From Atribacterota bacterium (GTDB lineage: Bacteria > Atribacterota > Phoenicimicrobiia > Phoenicimicrobiales > Stramentimicrobiaceae), in the NCBI GenBank assembly GCA_040767965.1, contig JAXGNR010000007.1:64001-128000 (forward strand): a stretch of DNA of 64,000 nt. The letters are read 5' to 3'. Each line of letters opens with the position of its first letter. Positions within the stretch are counted from its first letter, which is position 1. Below are positions 9,849 to 19,184 of this stretch, piece after piece. The notes beneath the pieces are model-generated. The model ran no database searches. It was not told the origin of the DNA and saw only the letters and a list, made by a program, of their open reading frames with translations. The position numbers and the translations under genes were made by a program.

Positions 9849-10820
9849 TTATAAAATTTCGTCTAATAATACTCCCTTTATATCTTCAAAAGAAGAATTC
9901 CAGTATTCTGTATACTTTTCTCTGTTCATAGGTACTACATTTATTCCAAGCTCTTTTGCTTTTTCTAAAAACTCAGGATCGTGAACTGCTTGGTCTATTG
10001 CCTTTTCCATAGTATCTATTATTTCTTCTGGGGTTCCTTTTAAGAAGGACCATCCTCTTGAAGAACCACCAACAACATTATATCCAAGTTCAACTGTGGT
10101 AGGTACATCGGGAACAAAAGGACATCTTTCATCAGATAGAACAGCTAAAGCCTTTAATCTTCCATCCTGCAGCTGAGTCATAACTCCCCCAACATTTAAT
10201 ATTGAAGATTCTATATGTTTACCAATAAGGGATTGAATTACAAATCCATCTGACTCAAAAGCTACTAAAATATTGTCAATTCCAGTTGCTTTCTGCAGTA
10301 ATTTAGCAGCAATCCAATCATCTCCGCCTACGCCGGTACTACTTAAAGTTACCATTCCGGGGTTTTCTTTGCAATATTCGATATACTCTTCAAGGGTATT
10401 GATGGGGCTGTCTCCTCTTACAAGAAGAATATTAGGGTCTACAACTATATTGTATACAGGAACAATATCTTCCCATTCGTGTTTTTTTTCATCTTTCCTC
10501 ATAATTTCTGTTGCCGCTAAATGTGGAACTTTTGATAAACCTAAAGTGTATCCATCAGGCTTAGTACTATTTGCAATATAAGCCCAAGCTACGGTCATTC
10601 CAGCTCCAATCTTATAATCACAAACTGTCCTCACACCTAAATACTTTTCCAGGTAAGGCTTGAACGTTTGAGCAATTAAATCGTCTCCGCCTCCAGCAGA
10701 TGAGGCCATTAGAAGTGTTACTTCTCTTTCTGGATATGCAGCTAAGCTAAAATTACAAATTGATATAAGTAACAAAATAGTAATAGAAATTAATATAACC
10801 ATTCTTTCTTTTCTAAACAT
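9849..10820 (-). CDS. tctC: Tripartite tricarboxylate transporter substrate-binding protein TctC (Bug family)
   Basis: Signal peptide, AYPEREV...AGGGDDLIA, KPDGYTL, PDVPT motifs. Confidence 0.92.
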   Translation of the reverse strand: MFRKERMVILISITILLLISICNFSLAAYPEREVTLLMASSAGGGDDLIAQTFKPYLEKYLGVRTVCDYKIGAGMTVAWAYIANSTKPDGYTLGLSKVPHLAATEIMRKDEKKHEWEDIVPVYNIVVDPNILLVRGDSPINTLEEYIEYCKENPGMVTLSSTGVGGDDWIAAKLLQKATGIDNILVAFESDGFVIQSLIGKHIESSILNVGGVMTQLQDGRLKALAVLSDERCPFVPDVPTTVELGYNVVGGSSRGWSFLKGTPEEIIDTMEKAIDQAVHDPEFLEKAKELGINVVPMNREKYTEYWNSSFEDIKGVLLDEIL

Positions 10821-10902
10821 TTAAATACCTCCAAATAAATTATGTTTCTTCTCATTTTTATATTTTATTTAAAACAAAAAATTAATATAATAAAATAATT
10901 TA

Positions 10903-11586
10903 TTATATTAATTCACATCCCTTTTTATTCAAGGTTTCATCAACCCAGGATCTATCCTGGGTACCTTCTTCAATATCTTTAGTGCTTTTTTCCTCTTTTA
11001 TAAATATAGTTTGCAGTTTTTCTAAAACAGATTCAGCTTCTGCTAAAGGAATTACAGCAACACCATCTCTATCTCCAACGATAATATCCCCAGGCATTAT
11101 TACGACCCCACCACACGAAATGGGAACATTGATTTCTCCTGGACCATCTTTGTATGGACCTCTAGGGTTAGCTCCGATTGCAAAAACAGGAAATTTTGAC
11201 TTTTCAATGTCTTCGGCATCTCTAATACATCCATCTACAACATAACCAGCACATTTTCTGTTTATAGCCATATGTACCATGTGATCACCAAAAATAGCAG
11301 CATTTGTACTTCCTTCTGCATCAATAACAATTACATCTCCTGGCTTTACCATATCCAATGCCTTATGAACCATTAAATTATCTGCAATTCTTGTTTTAAC
11401 GGTAAAAGCACTCCCAACCATTTTGATGCTGCTGTCTTTATTGATCATTTTAATCTTGGAATCTAGACAATAAAACCTATTAACGCAATCTCCAATGAAG
11501 GCAGTTTGTGTATTTTTAAATTTTTCTAATAATTCATTTCCTGGTCTTTGTATATCCCTAATAATTCTAAATCCTAAATTTGACAT
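10903..11586 (-). CDS. RraA/HMG-CHA aldolase family protein
   Basis: DNLMVHKALDM, PGDVIVID, DGCIRD, PGDIIVGDRDGVAVIP. Confidence 0.9.
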   Translation of the reverse strand: MSNLGFRIIRDIQRPGNELLEKFKNTQTAFIGDCVNRFYCLDSKIKMINKDSSIKMVGSAFTVKTRIADNLMVHKALDMVKPGDVIVIDAEGSTNAAIFGDHMVHMAINRKCAGYVVDGCIRDAEDIEKSKFPVFAIGANPRGPYKDGPGEINVPISCGGVVIMPGDIIVGDRDGVAVIPLAEAESVLEKLQTIFIKEEKSTKDIEEGTQDRSWVDETLNKKGCELI

Positions 11587-12131
11587 TTTTTATCTCCTAT
11601 TGCAGTTGTTATTTTTATAAAATATAGCAATTAAAATTATTTACCTCCTTCCTTTTTATATATTTATATAGCTTATCTTTTTCTGAAATTATTTTTTATC
11701 CAACAACTCGTATAAGATTAGCTATAAAGAACAAAGTATAATTTAATTTTTTAAATAATTAAACTCTGCGAGATTAATTATTTATAGGGTTTTACACAGA
11801 TAAAACTCTAGATTGCTTGGAAAGTGTATGCAAAAAAATTGTTACAATAGGCTAGATGTAATTAAAGATATTTTCATTTAAAAATATTATAGTTTTATTC
11901 TAAGATAAAACCGTATTGATATAAAAACTGCTGGTTAAATTTAATATATTAATACTTTTGTAATACCTTTAATATTTGATAGGATTAAAATTATATTTTT
12001 TCAATAACAATTTTTATATAAATGTTTTAACATTATAAAATATACATATTTTTTTTGCAATATTTGTGTTAAATAAATATTTGAAAATATATAATATTAA
12101 TTTTCAGTTGTAAAAACTTGTAAATATTATA

Positions 12132-12977
12132 CTAAAAAATATTTTTTACAAAAGCAGGTAGCATAAAAGCAGCTTCATGGATTCCTGAGTGGTAATACTT
12201 TAGATCGATTAAGCTTTCTGCCCTTTCAGAAATAAAATTATTAATAGGATGATATTTTTTAGAACAGAAACTAAATCCTATCATGCCACTGGGATAAGTT
12301 GGCACCATAGTATAATAATAATAAGGTATGGGAAAAATATTTTTGATGAATTGAAAAATATTTTTGATGAAATTTGCATGCCAAAAAAGAGATTCCATTT
12401 GGGTCACAGCAATTCCATCATCTTTTAGTGAATTATAAAGTGATTGATAAAATTTTTCAGTAAACAGGGTAGTGCCTGGCCCAATAGGGTCAGATGAATC
12501 TACTATTATTACATCATACTGCTTTTCTTTTCTTTCTAAAAATTTAGAGCCATCTTCATAGTAGACTTCAACTTTTGGATTATTAAAACTGCTGGCTAAT
12601 GCCGGGAAGAATTCCTGACATATATCAATAACCTTTTTGTCTATCTCGCAAACATCAATTTTTTTAACAGACTTATGTTTTAATATTTCTCTAACAGTTC
12701 CGCCATCTCCTCCACCAATAACCAATACTTTTTCAGGAGATGAGTGAACACATAGGGGGACATGTGCAATCATTTCATGATAGTTCATTTCATCTGCTTC
12801 AGTTAGCATAATAATACCATCATTTATCAGCACTTTACCAAAAGCTGGTGTTTCAACTACAGATATTTCCTGAAAAGGAGATGTTATTTTTTTAAGGACG
12901 TTATCGCCTTTTATTTGCAAATAACGTCCTTTTTCTCTCTCATATTGATCGCCAAACCATAATTCTAATCTATTCAA
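12132..12977 (-). CDS. speE: Polyamine aminopropyltransferase (spermidine synthase)
   Basis: YHEMIAH, VLVIGGGDGGTVRE, VDSSDP, VPTYPSG motifs. Confidence 0.93.
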   Translation of the reverse strand: MNRLELWFGDQYEREKGRYLQIKGDNVLKKITSPFQEISVVETPAFGKVLINDGIIMLTEADEMNYHEMIAHVPLCVHSSPEKVLVIGGGDGGTVREILKHKSVKKIDVCEIDKKVIDICQEFFPALASSFNNPKVEVYYEDGSKFLERKEKQYDVIIVDSSDPIGPGTTLFTEKFYQSLYNSLKDDGIAVTQMESLFWHANFIKNIFQFIKNIFPIPYYYYTMVPTYPSGMIGFSFCSKKYHPINNFISERAESLIDLKYYHSGIHEAAFMLPAFVKNIF

Positions 12978-12982
12978 GACAC

Positions 12983-13375
12983 TTACTTCCTTAATATATA
13001 ATGAATATTTACATCTTTTGCTTGAAAATATTTTTGGGTAAAATCTGCAGCAATTTGAGGATCATAATATTTGCAGCTAAAAATATCAATATAAGCACTG
13101 TTTGTTAAATTAGCAAAATGACCTGATATTAAAGATGTTTCTATTAATTGAGTCATTGAAAAACCAGCAACTCTTTCATCTTCACCAAAATTAACAACCA
13201 GAGTTTCGCCGAACTTTTTCATTTCTATAAGCTCGCATAGCTGATTTACATATTCTTTTATTGCTTGGGCATCCCTAATCATTTCCCCATTACAATGGTG
13301 CAAGTCAAGACTTGTTAATAATCCCCAAACATCTTCTTTAAAATATTTTTCTTTTAATTCAGATAAATTTTTCAT
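12983..13375 (-). CDS. Divergent pyruvoyl-dependent AdoMetDC/SpeD-fold decarboxylase proenzyme, probably ornithine (or arginine) decarboxylase
   Basis: WGLLTSLDLHHC...QLIETSLISGHF...IDIFSCK aligns with the SpeD fold but lacks the canonical ESH/HTWPE motifs; second paralog in the operon. Confidence 0.75.
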   Translation of the reverse strand: MKNLSELKEKYFKEDVWGLLTSLDLHHCNGEMIRDAQAIKEYVNQLCELIEMKKFGETLVVNFGEDERVAGFSMTQLIETSLISGHFANLTNSAYIDIFSCKYYDPQIAADFTQKYFQAKDVNIHYILRK

Positions 13376-13376
13376 T

Positions 13377-13775
13377 TTAATATACCCCCACTTTTGGAGA
13401 TGATTTTTTATTTATTTTTATTGGAAAACGAATATTTCCTCTTCTCATTTCTGTGACTGAGATAGTTTTAACATCTAACTCTTTTTCAATAAAATCTAAA
13501 GCTTTCTGGCTGTCAACATCTTTCCCGCAAGTAAATATATCTAGTGCAGCATAACCATACTCAGGCCAAGTATGTATGGTAAAGTGAGACTCTGCAATAA
13601 TCACCACTCCACTGACACCTTGAGGTGCAAATTGATGAAAAGACGATTTTAAAGCGGTAGCACCAGACACGTAAACTGCTTCTTCTAGTACTGCTTCCAG
13701 CCTATTAAGATCATTCAGTTTTTCTGCATCACATTCATATAATTCTACTAACAAATGATTTCCCAAATAATCCAT
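13377..13775 (-). CDS. speD: S-adenosylmethionine decarboxylase proenzyme (class 1B)
   Basis: LGNHLLVELY, PQGVSGVVIIAESHFTIHTWPEYGYAALDIFTCG with canonical E-S cleavage site. Confidence 0.93.
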   Translation of the reverse strand: MDYLGNHLLVELYECDAEKLNDLNRLEAVLEEAVYVSGATALKSSFHQFAPQGVSGVVIIAESHFTIHTWPEYGYAALDIFTCGKDVDSQKALDFIEKELDVKTISVTEMRRGNIRFPIKINKKSSPKVGVY

Positions 13776-13938
13776 TTTTTAGACCCTCTTATTTACATTA
13801 AAATTATCTGTGACCTAGACTAGAATAAAATAACAGAAATATTTCTAAAAATCAATCTTTTTTTAAAATAATTCTAATTATTTTTATTTTTTGCCTTTAA
13901 ATCCTTTTTTAAATACTTAAAATCATTTTTTCTAATAT

Positions 13939-14637
13939 TTAAGCAGTTTCAATTGCCAATTCAGCCATTTCAGTAAAGGTTTTTTCTCTCTCTTCTGCAG
14001 TTGTTTTTTCACCCGTTACAAGGCTATCACTGACTGTTAAAATAGAGAGGGCATTGACTTTAAACTTTGCAGCAATAGTATATAGTGCAGCTGTTTCCAT
14101 TTCTATTGCCAATGAACCATAATCAGCCCATATTTTCCAATGATTTTCATTATCATGATAAAACATGTCTGTAGTGAATACGCTTCCTATTTTTACCTGA
14201 ATTCTCTTTTGCAGTGCCAGAAGTTCTGTTTTTTTCAATAGATAATAAGAAGCTGTAGGGGCATAATCCATGTTATTAAACTGAAGCTTATTAAAGCTGG
14301 AATCAGTAGAAGCACTTATAGCCAGGATTATATCCCTTACTTTTATATCTGACTGCAAAGAACCACAGCTGCCTATCCTGATTAAATTTTCTACATTATA
14401 CCGGTTGATTAACTCATAAGCATAAATTGAAATTGAAGGTATTCCAATTCCGGTTCCCTGGACCGAAATAAGTTTGCCTTTATACCTGCCGGTATAACCA
14501 TACATTCCTCTTGTATTATTGTAACAATAAGATTCTTCTAAATAAGTCTCTGCAATAAATTTAGCCCTTAAAGGATCTCCAGGCAATAATACAGTAGAGG
14601 CAATATCTCCTTTTTCAGCATCAATATGTAAACTCAT
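13939..14637 (-). CDS. deoD: Purine nucleoside phosphorylase, DeoD type
   Basis: [40 protein letters not shown]. Confidence 0.95.
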   Translation of the reverse strand: MSLHIDAEKGDIASTVLLPGDPLRAKFIAETYLEESYCYNNTRGMYGYTGRYKGKLISVQGTGIGIPSISIYAYELINRYNVENLIRIGSCGSLQSDIKVRDIILAISASTDSSFNKLQFNNMDYAPTASYYLLKKTELLALQKRIQVKIGSVFTTDMFYHDNENHWKIWADYGSLAIEMETAALYTIAAKFKVNALSILTVSDSLVTGEKTTAEEREKTFTEMAELAIETA

Positions 14638-14843
14638 ATTACCGCCTCCTTTTACTGTTTTATTTTTATTTAATATATATTTGTGTTTATACCATTTGTT
14701 AACATTTTTAGAATACAGTTTTTAAGCTAATAAATATAGTAGTTAGTAGTAGTTTAAAATTATTATTTTCATTATTATATTTCAATATAGTTATTAAGTT
14801 ATTATTTTTTGTTTTTTATTTTCCTCTATTTGCATTATATAAT

Positions 14844-16574
14844 GTTAGTGTAAAATTTACTGGGGTACTTAAAGATACTTTAAACTTGCTTACTAACATA
14901 AAAAAGGTGTAGACTTACCTAAAAATACCCATCAAAGTATCCTTTAAATAAAGGAGGTAAGACTACACCTATGGATATTGATATGATAACCATAACTTTT
15001 CCCCAGGTCAAGGTAGAAATTCCAATAAAGGATCTCACCTTTGACACTCTGGAGAACCTGATCTTTGACATGATGCAAAAAATTGCCCAGATGGTCTTTA
15101 CCAAAGTGCTCTCTGATATTGATGACTACCTGCGCAAGAACAGAAGACGTGGAAAACTGAAAAATACCGGTAAAAGAAGCAAAACCTTCTTAACCCGTTT
15201 TGGTGATGTCTCCTTTTCCCGCACCCGTTACCTTGAGAAGACCGGTAAAGCCCAATACCTGTTGGATGAGGCTCTTTCTACCATCAAAAACCAGCGGATC
15301 AGCCTTTCCCGTGCCATGACCGAGTGTTTACTTGCCAGCTTATCTTCCTACCGGGAAGTGGTAGGCCAAACCAAGCTTTTACTGGGTCATACCCGCAGCC
15401 ATGAGTCTATACGCAAAAACGTACTATCTGAGGCTAGGCTGATCATCGAACATGAAAAAAAGAGACTACAGCAGCTGGAGAATCTGGATATTTCCGCAAA
15501 AGAAGCACCGGATGTTGTCTATACCGAAGCTGATGCCACCTATCTCAAACTACAGAAACCGGAAAAAGACAAAAAGCTGGAAGTCAAAATCGGGATCGGT
15601 TATTGTGGTAAGGAAAATCGTTATTCCAGCGGTAATTCCCAAAGACTGAAAGAAAAGTTCCTCTACCTGGGTACCGGCAAGAATTTTATGTATAACTTTA
15701 GCCTAAGAGCAGAAGAAGAACTAAACATCTCCCAATCTAAAAAGCAGTACTTCGGGGCAGACGGAGACAAGTGGATCACCTCCGGAATCCGTGACTACTT
15801 CCCTTCTGCCACTTATCTACTTTGCCGTTTTCACCTGAACAAACGCCTCAAGGAAGCTCTTCCGGGCAATAAGACCCAGCAGAAGCTGATCAGAAGCTTA
15901 CTTTTATCCGACCGGATTGATGAAGCCCTAGCCAGGATTGACAATCTCTTGGTAGTCTCTTCTGAGCCAAAACAGAAAAAGCTTTTGGCAGACTTTTACT
16001 CCTATATAGCGAACAACCGCCAGGGGATCAGTAATCAGGCAACTCTAAAGGACAAGGACATCGCCAAAACAGGAGCGATTGAGTCCAATGTCAAACTGGC
16101 CATTGCTAACCGCTTTAAAAAGCAGGGCAGAAGCTGGAGCAAAAAAGGAGCATTCTCTTTACTGAAGGTAAAAGAAACCATTCTAAATGGCAAGTGGGAT
16201 TCCTGGTGGGGCAAAGAAAGGAACCATCCTATCAAGATAACACCACTTAAACCACCCTTATCAGCATCTTCTTTTACCAAAGAAGTTTCTTCTTCCCCGG
16301 TAATCCAGGCTAAGATCCCGGCCTTGGATGGACCGAATCAGGATAAACCCTGGGTAGGTGTTTTAAGAAAATTATCTCAATTAGAGCTTGTGTAATTAAA
16401 TAGAAAAAATTTAAAAAAGCATATTTCGTATTTATGACTGTAAATTAAATAAAAGAAGGGTATTTGATGTGTATTAAAACTAATATAGTCTTTTCAAATC
16501 TGTAAGGTAGCTCTGCCTTAAACCATAAACATTTTGGCAGTGGAAAAAAGTACCTACAAAAATTTGACACAGAC
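14844..16574 (+). mobile_element. Complete insertion sequence, ISLre2 family (mutator superfamily), 1731 bp
   Basis: Imperfect 26-bp terminal IRs (GTTAGTGTAAAATTTACTGGGGTACT at 14844-14869 vs GTCTGTGTCAAATTTTTGTAGGTACT, reverse complement of 16549-16574); 9-bp direct repeat TTATATAAT at 14835-14843 and 16575-16583; visibly higher GC than flanks. Confidence 0.9.
14971..16395 (+). CDS. ISLre2-family (UPF0236) DDE transposase
   Basis: TRFGDV, EADAT (D1), GADGDKWI (D2), LCRFHL (C/DxxH), GAIES (E), RFKKQGRSWS; AGGAGG SD. Confidence 0.92.
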   Translation: MDIDMITITFPQVKVEIPIKDLTFDTLENLIFDMMQKIAQMVFTKVLSDIDDYLRKNRRRGKLKNTGKRSKTFLTRFGDVSFSRTRYLEKTGKAQYLLDEALSTIKNQRISLSRAMTECLLASLSSYREVVGQTKLLLGHTRSHESIRKNVLSEARLIIEHEKKRLQQLENLDISAKEAPDVVYTEADATYLKLQKPEKDKKLEVKIGIGYCGKENRYSSGNSQRLKEKFLYLGTGKNFMYNFSLRAEEELNISQSKKQYFGADGDKWITSGIRDYFPSATYLLCRFHLNKRLKEALPGNKTQQKLIRSLLLSDRIDEALARIDNLLVVSSEPKQKKLLADFYSYIANNRQGISNQATLKDKDIAKTGAIESNVKLAIANRFKKQGRSWSKKGAFSLLKVKETILNGKWDSWWGKERNHPIKITPLKPPLSASSFTKEVSSSPVIQAKIPALDGPNQDKPWVGVLRKLSQLELV

Positions 16575-16682
16575 TTATATAATATATTTCTTTAAATACC
16601 ATCAAAATTAAGCTATAATTAAAAATAAATAAAATATTTCCTTAAACTATTCAAATTGTGTAACAAAAGAAAGGTTTTTAGA

Positions 16683-17423
16683 ATGGCTGATAATATTATT
16701 TTAATAGCTGCTGGATTTTTACTTGCAACTATTTCTTTTATAATTTTGTGGTGGTTTTTTTTCAGAACAAAAAAACCTGTTAAGCAAATAAAAATATATT
16801 CCTCTATCGAACAACTCCGTTCTGTCGGTGAATTGGTAGCCTTTAAAATGGTTACAAAAGAAATAGTAACTGCCTCTCAACACTGGTTTGGAGAATCTGG
16901 TAAGAAATATTTTCAATGGTTAATCTCAACAAAGAAAATGGCTATGATCTTTGAATTTGATATAGACTTTAGATATGATTTACGCAGCCCTGATTTTAAA
17001 ATCGAGCAGCAAAGCGAAGGTCAATATACACTTAAAATGCCCCCATGCATATATCAGGTTCATATAAGAGATATTAGTTTCTATGATGAACAAAGCTCGA
17101 AATTTTTACCATGGCTGCTCCCTGATTTATTAAACAGGGCATTTGGTTCTGTTTTTAGCGAAGAAGATAAAAACCAATTAAAGGAAGAGGCAAAAAACCA
17201 GGCTGCCCAGCTAGCCGAAGGAGTTGTCAATAAATTACAATCTGAAGTAGAGAATTCTGCAAGACAAACTTTACAAACTTTAACAAAAGGTTTTGATATA
17301 AAACAGGTCAGAATTGATTTTAGCCAATCGAAAATAATACCCAGCAAGATTAATGCTACTGAATTAGAAGTTAATATGGAGAAAACTAATATTAACAGGA
17401 ATCAATTAATTAATAAAAAATAA
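16683..17423 (+). CDS. Single-TM membrane-anchored protein, DUF4230-like
   Basis: N-terminal TM helix, then IEQLRSVGELV...IDFRYDL...LKMPP...VENSARQTL pattern; ATG 16683 with AAAGGT SD preferred over TTG 16656. Confidence 0.6.
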   Translation: MADNIILIAAGFLLATISFIILWWFFFRTKKPVKQIKIYSSIEQLRSVGELVAFKMVTKEIVTASQHWFGESGKKYFQWLISTKKMAMIFEFDIDFRYDLRSPDFKIEQQSEGQYTLKMPPCIYQVHIRDISFYDEQSSKFLPWLLPDLLNRAFGSVFSEEDKNQLKEEAKNQAAQLAEGVVNKLQSEVENSARQTLQTLTKGFDIKQVRIDFSQSKIIPSKINATELEVNMEKTNINRNQLINKK

Positions 17424-17436
17424 AGTTAATTATAAT

Positions 17437-18153
17437 TTATCTTTTTCTGCCTTGCTGGAAACCTCGCCCAATTCTGATTTCAGCTGCTGAAAATTTTTCT
17501 TCGGAAACTTTGTTACCAATTATTTTTATATTCAATCCTTCTGTCAAAGAAATATTTCCTCTAATTCTAGCTTTACTATAGTCTATATACCACTCATTTT
17601 CAAAATAATCTTTTAGCCAGATTGATTTATTTTGCACATCCATTTTGGCAATCATGCCTGTAATCAATCCTTTTTCAGGATGCATCCATTGGTTTTCTCC
17701 AGTAAAGACTAGTCTGTGGTAACCAGGAATTCTGCTTTTAATATGTTTTTCTACCACTTCTGTCAAACCATATTGATAGAAAATAACTCCCAGGAAAATA
17801 CTGATGCTCAAACTGATGACAAATATCAATATGAAGCGATATCGGTACCCAGTCCGGGTATGTACAAAATTATAGTATGTCACAAAAATAAAGAACAACA
17901 AAATTATAATCCAAAGGTATGGTATGCTTGTAATTAAAGCTTTTGGCAGGCTCATTCCCAGGTAGTTAAATATATCCCAATCCAGGTTAGTAATTGTTAA
18001 TAAAATCATACCAAAAGCAATACCACCGAAAATAGTATTAATAATAAACATTATCCAAAAAAAATAATTTCTAGTTAGAAAATACCATTTTGGTTTAGGT
18101 GATACTTTTTCATTTTTTATTTTTTCTAATATTTCCTTACTAATATCATTCAT
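17437..18153 (-). CDS. Membrane protein translationally coupled to an ECF sigma factor; putative anti-sigma factor
   Basis: Three TM segments plus C-terminal beta-rich domain; ATGA overlap with the sigma stop codon. Confidence 0.65.
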   Translation of the reverse strand: MNDISKEILEKIKNEKVSPKPKWYFLTRNYFFWIMFIINTIFGGIAFGMILLTITNLDWDIFNYLGMSLPKALITSIPYLWIIILLFFIFVTYYNFVHTRTGYRYRFILIFVISLSISIFLGVIFYQYGLTEVVEKHIKSRIPGYHRLVFTGENQWMHPEKGLITGMIAKMDVQNKSIWLKDYFENEWYIDYSKARIRGNISLTEGLNIKIIGNKVSEEKFSAAEIRIGRGFQQGRKR

Positions 18154-18737
18154 AAATTAATACCTGACCTATTTTCATCTATTTTTGCAAGTAGAATTTT
18201 TTTAGCTCGATTAATTAATGTTCCGATGGTTCCAACCGGCTTTTTTAAAATATCACCAATTTCCTGATAATCCATTCCTTCAACAAATTTTAACAGTAAA
18301 ACCTCTTTATACTTTAAAGGAAGTAAGTCAATAACACTGAGCAAGTTATTATAATCTATTTTATTAAAAATGCCTTGTTCTAAATCAAAATCTGATTTTA
18401 CAATTTGATCCAGGTCGTGCTCATCCCAGGATAAGTCTTGAATATTTTTTGTTCTTTTTCTTAACATGCTTATGGTTTGATTATGGGCAATCCTGTAAAC
18501 CCAGCTTGAAAATTTAAATCTTTGATCATAATCATTAAGGTTTTTATAAGCAAGAATAAACACTTCCTGTAATATATCTTCAACTGTAGCCTGATCTACG
18601 CCTGACAATTTTCGTATATATTTCATTAAAGGAACTTCATATCTTTTCATCAGACAATAGTAATATTCCTGGCTTTTCAGGCTTAGAATTACTAATTGAA
18701 GATCAGTTTTTAGCTCACATTCAATAATATTGATCAT
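18150..18737 (-). CDS. ECF RNA polymerase sigma-70 factor
   Basis: Region 2 (EDILQEVFILAYKNL...FSSWVYRIAHN) and region 4 (LP...EGMDYQEIGDIL...GTIGTLINRAK). Confidence 0.93.
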   Translation of the reverse strand: MINIIECELKTDLQLVILSLKSQEYYYCLMKRYEVPLMKYIRKLSGVDQATVEDILQEVFILAYKNLNDYDQRFKFSSWVYRIAHNQTISMLRKRTKNIQDLSWDEHDLDQIVKSDFDLEQGIFNKIDYNNLLSVIDLLPLKYKEVLLLKFVEGMDYQEIGDILKKPVGTIGTLINRAKKILLAKIDENRSGINL

Positions 18738-19121
18738 AATCTTTGCTTTCTTTTTTATACTACACTATTTTATTACATTGTTACTAAAAATAAAACCAAA
18801 ACATCTCTGTAATAAAAAATACAACAGACATATTTAAAATATCAGAATAATAAAATCTAATCTTTTTTTGTCTTTTAAATGATATTGTAAATTAGGAAAT
18901 AGTTTATTTTACAGAACAGCTGAAGTTCAATAAACTATTATTTTAATTTATTTTATCTATAAAAATGGCTTAAACTGATAATAAAACAGGAATTAAATCT
19001 TTGAAATGTTAACAGGCGATATTATGTATTTAAAGAATTGGATTTTTTAAATAATTCAATATTAAAGGCAATTTTCAGGAAATAAAAATATTATTAAAAA
19101 CTTAAAAATAAATTATAATAA

Positions 19122-19163
19122 AAAAATAATACCATATTTATTAAGCAACATGGTATTATTTTT
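19122..19163 (-). terminator. Intrinsic terminator after tctA (cluster 2)
   Basis: AAAAATAATACCAT...ATGGTATTATTTTT inverted repeat just downstream of the stop at 19185. Confidence 0.6.
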
Positions 19164-19184
19164 ATGTCAGTATAATTTTTATAT

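Noticed and set aside
11587-12131. Hidden gene or structured RNA in the 545-bp AT-rich gap (small hairpin near 11785-11810)
   Set aside because: No ORF of 60 aa or more and no recognisable RNA motif; the hairpin is short and AT-rich
16564-16583. Hybrid promoter from TTGACA in the IS right IR and TATAAT in the target duplication
   Set aside because: Spacer is only 8 bp, incompatible with sigma-70 recognition
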